Below, one piece after another: positions 47,270 to 55,203 of a stretch of DNA of 55,203 nucleotides. The stretch's first letter is position 1. Each line of letters starts with the position of its first letter. A program made the position numbers and the translations under genes. The DNA comes from Bacteroidota bacterium (GTDB taxonomy: Bacteria; Bacteroidota; Bacteroidia; Flavobacteriales_D; Crocinitomicaceae): assembly GCA_016866415.1 (NCBI GenBank), contig VGML01000001.1:1-55203 (forward strand), in the 5' to 3' direction. A model generated the notes under the pieces. That model was not told the origin of the DNA, did no database searches, and was given only the letters and a program-made list of their open reading frames with translations.

Positions 47270-49144
47270 TTATCTGCCTAAATAAATCAATAAAACGGAC
47301 ACATCGCTTGGTGAAACACCTGAAATTCTTGATGCTTGACCAATTGTTCGTGGTGCAATTGAAGAAAGTTTTTCAACCGCCTCTGTGCTCAAACTTTTTA
47401 ACTGTCTAAAATCAATGTCTTCTGGTATCAAAACATTTTCAAGTCTACTTAATTTAGCAGCCATTTCTTCTTCACGGTCAATATAACCTTCATATTTTAA
47501 TTGAATTTCTGTTTGAGAGGGGATATCTTCGTGTAAAAAACTCATTTCCAAACACTTATTATTTAATTCGGGTAAAACATCCGCTATTTCTTTAAGTTGA
47601 ATTTGCGGACGAGTTAATATGCTGGTTATTTTAACTTGCTGATTAATTGGTGAGGAGTCTTTTGACAATAATAGAGGATTTACCTCTGCAGGAGTGATTC
47701 CAAGCGTTCTTAGGTATTTCTTAAATTCATTTGTTCCTTGAATTTTCTTATTGACACGCTCCATTTGTTCATCGTCTGCTAAGCCGAGCTGATGTCCAAG
47801 AGGCGTCAGGCGGATATCGGCATTATCCTGCCTTAATAAAATACGGTATTCAGCTCTACTTGTAAACATGCGATAAGGTTCTTTCGTTCCCTTTGTGATT
47901 AGGTCATCTATCAAAACACCAATATAAGCTTCACTTCGGGAAAGAATAAATGGCTCTTTTTCAACACGTTTTAGATGTGCGTTTATTCCTGCCATTAATC
48001 CTTGACATGCCGCTTCTTCATAGCCTGTCGTTCCATTGATCTGTCCTGCGAAATACAGATTTTCTATTTTCTTAGTTTCGAGGGTATGTTTCAATTGAGT
48101 TGGGGGAAAATAGTCATATTCGATAGCATAACCCGGTCGAAACATTTTAGCGTTTTCAAAACCAGGAATGGATTTCATAGCCTTCAATTGGACATCTTCA
48201 GGCAAAGAAGTACTAAATCCATTTACGTAAATCTCAACCGTATCCCACCCTTCAGGTTCAACAAAAATTTGATGTCTATCGCGCTCCGCAAAACGATTGA
48301 TTTTATCTTCAATACTTGGGCAATAACGAGGGCCTGTGCTTTGAATGGACCCGTTAAACATCGGAGACCGATCAAAGCCTGATCTTAACAATTCATGGGT
48401 TTCTGTGCTTGTATAGGTTATGTAACACGGTCTTTGGTTTGGTAACGCTTTTGTGTTTCCGAAACTAAACTTAGATGGGTTTTCATCTCCATGTTGTAAC
48501 TCCATTTTAGAATAATCTAAAGACCTTCCGTCAACTCTTGGCGGCGTGCCGGTTTTCATTCTTCCTGCTTCGAAGCCCATAACAATTAAGTCTTCTGTTA
48601 TTCCTGTTGCTGCTCGTTCTGCTGCTCGCCCACCTCCAAATTGTTTTTCTCCTAAATGTATTAATCCGTTTAAAAACGTTCCATTAGTAAGGATAACTGA
48701 ATCTGCATAAATGTTAATTCCAAGACTTGTTTTAACACCAACGACACAGTCGTTTTCTACAATTATGCCATTACACATGTCTTGCCAAAAATCCACATTT
48801 GGGTTTTGTTCCAACAAAAGCCTCCATTCTGCTGCAAACAACATTCGGTCATTTTGTGTTCTTGGCGACCACATAGCAGGGCCCTTAGAAAGATTAAGCA
48901 TGCGGAACTGAATGGCGCTTTTATCACTTACAACTCCAGAGCCTCCACCTAAAGCATCAATCTCCCTTACGATTTGTCCTTTAGCAACGCCTCCCATGGC
49001 TGGATTACAACTCATTTGAGCAATGGTATTCATATTCATGGTTAGTAACAACACTTTACTACCCATTTTAGCTGCCGCATTTGCCGCTTCACAGCCCGCA
49101 TGACCAGCACCAACAACTATTATATCGTATCTTTCTAACATCAT
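47270..49144 (-). CDS. mnmG: tRNA uridine 5-carboxymethylaminomethyl modification enzyme MnmG (GidA)
   Basis: FAD motif [15 protein letters not shown], then [13 protein letters not shown], and the full-length family pattern. Confidence 0.97.
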   Translation of the reverse strand: MMLERYDIIVVGAGHAGCEAANAAAKMGSKVLLLTMNMNTIAQMSCNPAMGGVAKGQIVREIDALGGGSGVVSDKSAIQFRMLNLSKGPAMWSPRTQNDRMLFAAEWRLLLEQNPNVDFWQDMCNGIIVENDCVVGVKTSLGINIYADSVILTNGTFLNGLIHLGEKQFGGGRAAERAATGITEDLIVMGFEAGRMKTGTPPRVDGRSLDYSKMELQHGDENPSKFSFGNTKALPNQRPCYITYTSTETHELLRSGFDRSPMFNGSIQSTGPRYCPSIEDKINRFAERDRHQIFVEPEGWDTVEIYVNGFSTSLPEDVQLKAMKSIPGFENAKMFRPGYAIEYDYFPPTQLKHTLETKKIENLYFAGQINGTTGYEEAACQGLMAGINAHLKRVEKEPFILSRSEAYIGVLIDDLITKGTKEPYRMFTSRAEYRILLRQDNADIRLTPLGHQLGLADDEQMERVNKKIQGTNEFKKYLRTLGITPAEVNPLLLSKDSSPINQQVKITSILTRPQIQLKEIADVLPELNNKCLEMSFLHEDIPSQTEIQLKYEGYIDREEEMAAKLSRLENVLIPEDIDFRQLKSLSTEAVEKLSSIAPRTIGQASRISGVSPSDVSVLLIYLGR

Positions 49145-49187
49145 TAATGTTTCACGTGGAACAAAATTATTTCATTTAACTAAAGAA

Positions 49188-49616
49188 TTAATTTGTTTCA
49201 CGTGAAACAAATTTTCCTAAATAATAATTTTCTTTATCTCTCATTACTAATATATCCTCATCTGATTTATCGTTATATCCGCAAAGATGAAGAACCCCAT
49301 GGTAAATTACACGACTTAATTCTTTACTAAAAGAAACATGAAAAGTTTTACTGTTATCTTCAACTCTATGAACTGATATAAAAAGATCACCTGAAATTAT
49401 TGCTCCTTCAGAATAATCAAATGTAATTATATCTGTATAATAGTCATGATCCATGTAAGAATTATTCATCTCTAATAAATATTCATCATTACAAAAAACG
49501 ATAGTGATTTCACCCAACTCAAATTTCTCTGATTTAATTAAGTCATTAATTGTTAAAACAAAAAATTCCGAGTCAAAACCCGGAATTTCTATATCTAAAA
49601 ACTCAAACTCTATCAT
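49188..49616 (-). CDS. ybeY: rRNA maturation endoribonuclease YbeY
   Basis: Zinc-binding motif HGVLHLCGYNDKSDED (H-x3-H-x5-H/D type) and a length of 142 aa. Confidence 0.9.
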   Translation of the reverse strand: MIEFEFLDIEIPGFDSEFFVLTINDLIKSEKFELGEITIVFCNDEYLLEMNNSYMDHDYYTDIITFDYSEGAIISGDLFISVHRVEDNSKTFHVSFSKELSRVIYHGVLHLCGYNDKSDEDILVMRDKENYYLGKFVSRETN

Positions 49617-50026
49617 TTCACAAAATAGATATTCACGCTGTTACCAATTCCGTCATAGATAACATCATCAGCTAAATTTCGCATGAGAAAAATTCCTCTC
49701 CCACTTTCTTTAAGAAGATTATCTGGCGAAGTTGGATCGGGTAAATCGTCAAACTTAAAGCCCTTGCCCTCATCTTTTATACTAAAACAAAATTCTTCAG
49801 ACTTGTCACCGACGGCTACATCGACAAATAATTCCTTGTTCATTTCGTTTCCGTGTTGAATAGCGTTGTTAACGGCTTCAGTAACTGCAACTAAAACGTT
49901 TCCGTAGGCATCCTCCTGAACACCAAGTCCAGTGCATACACGATCAACTAAGTTCTCTACATCCACCAATGCGTTAAAATCCGATGGTAATTTTAACTGT
50001 TCAATTATTGTAAATCCTTCTTTCAT
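49613..50026 (-). CDS. HATPase_c-type anti-sigma-factor-like Ser kinase (RsbW/SpoIIAB-like)
   Basis: N box (EAVNNAIQHGN) and G boxes (DEGKGF, GRGIFLM) of the GHKL ATPase fold in a 137-aa protein. Overlaps the ybeY start by 4 nt. Confidence 0.7.
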   Translation of the reverse strand: MKEGFTIIEQLKLPSDFNALVDVENLVDRVCTGLGVQEDAYGNVLVAVTEAVNNAIQHGNEMNKELFVDVAVGDKSEEFCFSIKDEGKGFKFDDLPDPTSPDNLLKESGRGIFLMRNLADDVIYDGIGNSVNIYFVK

Positions 50027-50050
50027 AGATAGTTACAAGAAATATTAATT

Positions 50051-53000
50051 CTAATTTCCATTGAAATACTGATTTGCTTTATCCTTATAATACTTCTTGT
50101 ATGTTGGATCTGCAGACTTCAATAACTCAATTTGTTTTAACTTTTGTTTGTTATACTCATCAAATCGAATTTTGTTACCATAATTATCATCTTTTCCTGA
50201 TTTAGACTCACGTTTTTCTTCAAACCCTCTTTCCATAAGTGCTTTTTCACTTTCTAGTAAACGCGTCATAATATCTCGCTGACGATTAATCATTTCTTTG
50301 TTAATATTTCGATTAATCAAATCCTTTTCCTGCTGCTCCAATTCCTTAATCAAAAGATTAAGTTTGTTTCCTAAGCCTTGTCCTTCTTTGTTCATTTCAT
50401 TTCTTAGCTGCTCCAGCTTTTGACGAATTGCTGTTTGTTCAGCTGCCATCTTCGCAATTTCTTTATTTCCTAAGCCCAACATATTTTGACCGCTATTACT
50501 TGGTTTACTACCTGGTTTATCACCCGGCTTGTCACCTGCCTTTTGTCCACCTGGATTGGGTCCTTTCTGCATTTGCTCCAACTGTTTTTTCAACATTTCC
50601 TTCATGTCTCCTGTTGACATTGACGAACCAGGTTTCGGACGACCTTTACCAGGATTATTGCAACTTCCGTTTCCTGGTGTCTGTGATTGCATCTGAGCTT
50701 GCATGGACTGCAACGCTTCGTTCAATAATAAAGCTAGGTTATTATAAGATGTCATTACCAATTGCTGATGCTTTCCTAAATCCTTCTTCCGACGGTCTTC
50801 GATGTCTTCGATTGAAGCCTGATGATTGGTTTCTATCGCATTCAACTCTTTGTCTATAAAACTCGCTATTTTCGGCTGTCTTTTAGCTAAAGCCAACAAA
50901 CTATCTTTTACAATCTTTGTATCATCTATAATTCTTCGTTGTCTACGTCCATATTTAAGATATGCGGGGTCAGAAGTGCTAACACGACCCATTTTATTCA
51001 TCAAATCTTCTTGATCGAAACTAAGCGTCATTAAACTCTCTAAAATATTTCGCAAGGCATCCATGTCTTCCTCCTGCTGCTTTTGATTCGCTTTTTGTTG
51101 TTGCTGATCTAATTGTTGGGCTAGTTGTTCCATTTGATCACTGGCTTCCTTTTGTGATTCTCCAGCTTTCTTGCTCTTTCCTTTTTCAAGACTTTCTTTA
51201 GATTCGTTTAATTCATTAGAAATCTTTTCTTCTTGTTCTTTCGTGTCTCCTAAATTCATAGGATTATCCAAATCCTTATTAAGTTCATTCAGCTTATTTA
51301 AGTCGTCTTTTAATTGATCAAACTTCTTATTGATTTCTTCTTGCTTTTCGACTGACTTTTCTTCGCTTATTTTTTTATTCTCTATTTCTTTTTTTAATTC
51401 TTCTTGTTCTTTAGCTAGTTCTTTTAATTGTTTCTCTATGTCATCAATCTTTTCATTTACTTGAAGTCGCTTTAACATTTCCAAACTACGATCCAACTGC
51501 TTTTTCATGTCTTCAGTAGACTGATCCAGTTGATCCAGTTTATCTTTGATATTTTCCTTATCGTTCTTCTCTAGTAACTTCTCTAAATCTTCTAACAACT
51601 TTTTAAGCTCGTCATCCATCAACTGATCTAAGAGTTTTTCGATCATTTCCTGTTTCTCTAAAAGCTCTTTATCTATTTCAGACAATTGGTTTTTCTCCTC
51701 CGTACTTTGATTAATGTCATTTTTGATCTGCTCCAAAGACTCAATTAAGTTCTTCTGTTCATCTTGAAGTTGATTCACTTGATTCATTTTATTCCAATCA
51801 GATGACTTGGAATTTAACGCTTCTTTTTTGAGTTTTTCCACTCTTCTTTGGAATTCATTCGTTTTTTCTAATAAATCCGTCAAACCCTCTTTGGTTTTCT
51901 CTTGATCTTCGTTTCTCTTTTCAATCAATTCATCGAGCGTTGGAAGTTTGTATGTGTATGATTGACTGCGTGAAGACTTACTACCATTTACACCATCGTT
52001 ATCAGAAACAACAAAATAATATTCAATTCGATCTTTCAATTGTAATTTCTCACGACGGAAATCAACTGCAAATTCATACGATATTTGTGTTCCTGAAACA
52101 GGTCTAACCATTAGTTTTTGATCCCTAGAACTTCCATTTTCACTTATAATCTTATAAACGAAATACAAACTTTTCAATCCATAATCATCTCCGATCTGTC
52201 CTTTAAAATAACGAACTCCGTCTGCAACACTGTCCTTGAATTCTTCAACATCAATGGTGGGAGGAGCATCTTTAATGACTGAAATAACATAATTCACGCT
52301 GTCTATTTTATTCTTGAAAGCGTTATACAATTTGAATTTCAGCTTTGATTCATTGTTCACTTTCTTATTCAGTTTAAACCCTAATTCTGTTTGAATTTGT
52401 TTATTTCCGTTCCAATTAACTTCTACTTTTTTAGTATTCTTAGTTAAAACACTCCATTCTATTTGAGTTCCTTCTGGGATAGTTAAATCACCAGCGTTTT
52501 GAATAACCTCCGGCGTTTTTCCTAAATAACTTGGGTATGCCAATTTTGCTTCTAATTTTCCTAATATTGATTTACCGATGACATTTAATTGATATTTATC
52601 ACTCGTGTAATCGTTTGCAGTGAAATAAAAAAACGAAGATTCTTTTGGCTTTCGAATGATTCCTTTGAAAAAGTTCTTTGAAACACGATCCATTAAAAAC
52701 TTGCCGTTTTCACTAATCATGTATACATTTTCAGGGAGTGAAGATCCTTTAAGAATCAAACTTATCTCAGCATCTTGTCCTTCTTCAACGGTTAATTTAT
52801 TCTCATTGAGATAAAATTGAAAAGGAGCGTATTCTTCATTGTAATTCACCACACGCTCTGTTCCTTGGGTAATTAAACTTGGAACGAAAACAGCCAACAA
52901 AACAAAAACAGTAAAAATGGGTAAAAGGTAACGTAGGTATTTTTTATTTTGTCTGAAATCGATTGCGGATGTAAACGGAATTACATTCAATTGCGCGGAC

Positions 53001-53407
53001 TTCTGAAGAACACTAGCTCGAATTAATTCTAAATTTCCTTCATTTTGATCCAATGCATCATTTAGTTGAAGGGTGTTTTTTAGTCGATCTGATATCTCAG
53101 GAAAAAAAGAGCCTATAATTTCTGAAGCTTGGTAGCGATTAATTCGTTTTCCAAATGAAACAAGTTTAGAAAGTGGAATGAATATATAACGAACTAATAA
53201 TAAAACATTTACAGCTATAAAACCAAAAAATAAAAAAGCTCGCGTTCCAGAGCTAAAACGTCCAACATACTCCAACGTAGTTGTTAATAAAAAGGAAAAC
53301 AGAAAAAACAAAGTGAATAAAAGAATACCCTTTATCATTTCGTTTTTATAGAACTTCCGAATGAAAGCGTCTATTTGGTCCAACAAATGTTCAAACGAAC
53401 TGGTCAT
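50051..53407 (-). CDS. large membrane-anchored coiled-coil protein (DUF4175-like)
   Basis: N-terminal TM helices, a beta-rich middle region, then about 400 aa of E/K/Q/L-rich heptad-like sequence. There is also a low-complexity GQKAGDKPGDKPGSKP tract. The family name is from memory of similar ~1100-aa Bacteroidota proteins. Confidence 0.65.
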   Translation of the reverse strand: MTSSFEHLLDQIDAFIRKFYKNEMIKGILLFTLFFLFSFLLTTTLEYVGRFSSGTRAFLFFGFIAVNVLLLVRYIFIPLSKLVSFGKRINRYQASEIIGSFFPEISDRLKNTLQLNDALDQNEGNLELIRASVLQKSAQLNVIPFTSAIDFRQNKKYLRYLLPIFTVFVLLAVFVPSLITQGTERVVNYNEEYAPFQFYLNENKLTVEEGQDAEISLILKGSSLPENVYMISENGKFLMDRVSKNFFKGIIRKPKESSFFYFTANDYTSDKYQLNVIGKSILGKLEAKLAYPSYLGKTPEVIQNAGDLTIPEGTQIEWSVLTKNTKKVEVNWNGNKQIQTELGFKLNKKVNNESKLKFKLYNAFKNKIDSVNYVISVIKDAPPTIDVEEFKDSVADGVRYFKGQIGDDYGLKSLYFVYKIISENGSSRDQKLMVRPVSGTQISYEFAVDFRREKLQLKDRIEYYFVVSDNDGVNGSKSSRSQSYTYKLPTLDELIEKRNEDQEKTKEGLTDLLEKTNEFQRRVEKLKKEALNSKSSDWNKMNQVNQLQDEQKNLIESLEQIKNDINQSTEEKNQLSEIDKELLEKQEMIEKLLDQLMDDELKKLLEDLEKLLEKNDKENIKDKLDQLDQSTEDMKKQLDRSLEMLKRLQVNEKIDDIEKQLKELAKEQEELKKEIENKKISEEKSVEKQEEINKKFDQLKDDLNKLNELNKDLDNPMNLGDTKEQEEKISNELNESKESLEKGKSKKAGESQKEASDQMEQLAQQLDQQQQKANQKQQEEDMDALRNILESLMTLSFDQEDLMNKMGRVSTSDPAYLKYGRRQRRIIDDTKIVKDSLLALAKRQPKIASFIDKELNAIETNHQASIEDIEDRRKKDLGKHQQLVMTSYNNLALLLNEALQSMQAQMQSQTPGNGSCNNPGKGRPKPGSSMSTGDMKEMLKKQLEQMQKGPNPGGQKAGDKPGDKPGSKPSNSGQNMLGLGNKEIAKMAAEQTAIRQKLEQLRNEMNKEGQGLGNKLNLLIKELEQQEKDLINRNINKEMINRQRDIMTRLLESEKALMERGFEEKRESKSGKDDNYGNKIRFDEYNKQKLKQIELLKSADPTYKKYYKDKANQYFNGN

Positions 53408-54046
53408 GGTTTGTTTTCAGCTAATTTAACTCAATAACGCAAAATGATGAAATTGTTTGCATTTTTTAAGTATTTTTCTCAATGCAAAGAACATAAAAAA
53501 AGTTTGAACACAACTCAATCATTTATTCGATCAATTTTTCTTAAGAAATAAATAAATAAAATTTTTCTTAAGATTTTTATTCTTTTTATTATGCTTGTTG
53601 ATATGTTACAAAATTTTTAATGGAATGTTAGGAATTTACATGATTAACATTTTTATTTGCGTTTTTAACAAAAAAGAAATAACTAACTATTTTTAAATCA
53701 ATTATATAACAATAAATCAATATTTAATAAATTAGTAACAACGTTTAAAAATAAAAGCTATTGTTAATATCATTTTCGTTTATAATTCGTGTCAAAGTTT
53801 TGTAAAATTCGAGCTAAAAAAAGGTTGCTCGTTCAATAATGTTTTGGTTAGGAAAAATAGTTTAATAATCCTAGAAATATCTTTTAAAAGTTTTGAACCT
53901 TAATTAACAAATCATGCTGTTTTTTTGTTGAAAGAATGCTTTTTACAATTCATATTGAATAGCGTTTTCAATAAAAACTAAATTCTTCCTTGTTTAAAAC
54001 TTGACACATTTGTTAATTCAAATTACTTTTACAAAAACAAACGACG

Positions 54047-54484
54047 ATGTCAGAGAAAGTAATTCCAATCGGTGCAGATCATGCCGGTTTTAGTCTCAAA
54101 GGAAAGATAGTTCATTTTTTAGAATCAAAGGGTTATAACGTTCAAGATTTTGGATGTTTTTCTAAGGAAAGTATTGATTATCCTGATTTTGCTCACCCGG
54201 TAGCAGAAATGGTTGAACAAAATAGTGGTATGTTGGGAATTTTAATTTGTGGTTCTGGAAATGGAATTAACATGACTGCTAACAAACATAAAGGAATACG
54301 AAGTGCGCTATGCTGGAATAAAGAAATTACAGAACTTGCCCGTCAACACAACGACGCTAATATCATCGCTTTACCTGCACGTTTCATTTCAGAACAAGAG
54401 GCTATTGAAATAGTTGACACTTTTTTAGGCACAGCATTTGAAGGAGGAAGACATCAGCGTCGTATCGATAAAATTTCTTGTTAA
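54047..54484 (+). CDS. rpiB: ribose-5-phosphate isomerase B
   Basis: IGADHAGF...ILICGSGNGINMTANK...RSALCW...HNDANIIALPARF...GGRHQRRIDKI matches the RpiB/LacAB family, including the catalytic Cys context. Confidence 0.93.
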   Translation: MSEKVIPIGADHAGFSLKGKIVHFLESKGYNVQDFGCFSKESIDYPDFAHPVAEMVEQNSGMLGILICGSGNGINMTANKHKGIRSALCWNKEITELARQHNDANIIALPARFISEQEAIEIVDTFLGTAFEGGRHQRRIDKISC

Positions 54485-55113
54485 TGCAGATTAAATTTTT
54501 TTTCTCACTAGCCATCTTATTTTCGTTAAGTAAATTAATTTCTCAGGAAAACTACCATTATAAATTCAACGGTTCAAAAGACACTTTTTTCCTCAGGGAT
54601 TATGCAAATTCCTTCTATACAGAAAAAGGGTTTCCTGTAAATTTAGATGGTGCTTTTATCATAGAGCCAACAAAAAAACACCAAACATGGGCAGTTCATA
54701 CGCTTGATACGGTTCGAAGAACTACCGCTACTTTTCTAATAGCAAACTATGAAATCAATCCAGAAACACAGGAGCGCGAAAAAGTTATCATTGATAAATT
54801 TATAGTGAAAATCAAAGGGGCTATAAAACCTGTCTTATGGTTGGGTAACTCAGTTTCAGGTGAAAAAATTGATACAACAGCTTTCAATGTTCATGTGGAA
54901 TTTGATAATGATTCAATAAAAGCAGAATATAAAATAGAAAGTTTTGATTTGGTATATGGTTCCACTATTTTTTCGTCAATAGGTAAAAGTCTTACCAAAA
55001 GCATGATTGATTTTATACTTGCTCTTAAAAAAGATGAAAAAGTTTTGTTGGATGTGACATGCTCAGATTTACGCGGAACAAAGAAGCAAATAAGAGGGAG
55101 CTTTGTTAGGTAA
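54478..55113 (+). CDS. secreted hypothetical protein
   Basis: 211-aa ORF with a signal peptide (FFFSLAILFSLSKLISQ). Overlaps the rpiB stop by 7 nt. No recognisable motif. Confidence 0.5.
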   Translation: MLMQIKFFFSLAILFSLSKLISQENYHYKFNGSKDTFFLRDYANSFYTEKGFPVNLDGAFIIEPTKKHQTWAVHTLDTVRRTTATFLIANYEINPETQEREKVIIDKFIVKIKGAIKPVLWLGNSVSGEKIDTTAFNVHVEFDNDSIKAEYKIESFDLVYGSTIFSSIGKSLTKSMIDFILALKKDEKVLLDVTCSDLRGTKKQIRGSFVR

Positions 55114-55203
55114 CGGTTTCGGGCTTTACGTTGGTGGGCTTTTGAAACCGTAAACTGTCTGCCAGCACCAACGTTTATTAGTTGCTCAAATGTTTGTATT
55201 CGC

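Noticed and set aside
48002-48382. 126-aa plus-strand ORF (and 48711..48911) inside mnmG; similar antisense or out-of-frame ORFs inside metC-like, aspS, hflX, lepA, nrdA, LTA-synthase, dxr, M20 peptidase, the 1159-aa OM protein (25111..25293, 25354..25572) and the island genes (39572..39972, 41087..41454)
   Set aside because: All are nested in strongly supported genes, lack motifs, and have no independent start context.
50428-51014. Plus-strand ORFs of 143 aa and 62 aa inside the DUF4175-like gene
   Set aside because: They are antisense to the coiled-coil region. The repetitive GAA/AAG codon content generates long open antisense frames by chance.

Overview
AT-rich chromosomal segment that looks like Bacteroidota, probably Flavobacteriia. 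The clues are two cargo proteins with type IX secretion (T9SS) C-terminal sorting domains, a gliding-motility type C-terminal domain, and no clear Shine-Dalgarno sequences. Most of the window is densely packed housekeeping genes: udk, hemW, aspS, hflX, lepA, nrdBA, dxr, kynA, polA, mnmG, ybeY and rpiB. I recognised no rRNA, tRNA, CRISPR array, transposase or integrase by eye. The one clearly accessory block lies between polA and mnmG (about 38772..47269). It is a tightly coupled four-gene minus-strand operon. The first gene encodes a 1417-aa protein with an N-terminal retron-like reverse transcriptase (NAxxH, YSDD and VTG motifs) fused to a FISUMP/lectin-like domain, leucine-rich repeats (LRRs), a DUF4116-like repeat and about 400 aa I cannot assign. 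It is followed by a stand-alone LRR protein, a MoxR-type AAA+ ATPase, and a VWA protein carrying an HExxH zincin motif and a MIDAS motif. I do not recognise this combination as any named RT-based defence system, and it is the main candidate for a novel system. Smaller oddities include a 71-bp tandem duplication that copies the nrdA stop region, a multiply disrupted SRPBCC/AHSA1 pseudogene, and a surface-protein gene fragment between aspS and hflX. There is also a structured, repeat-bearing nrdB leader, and interleaved inverted repeats at the right edge. All calls come from reading the translations and DNA by eye. No database search was run.
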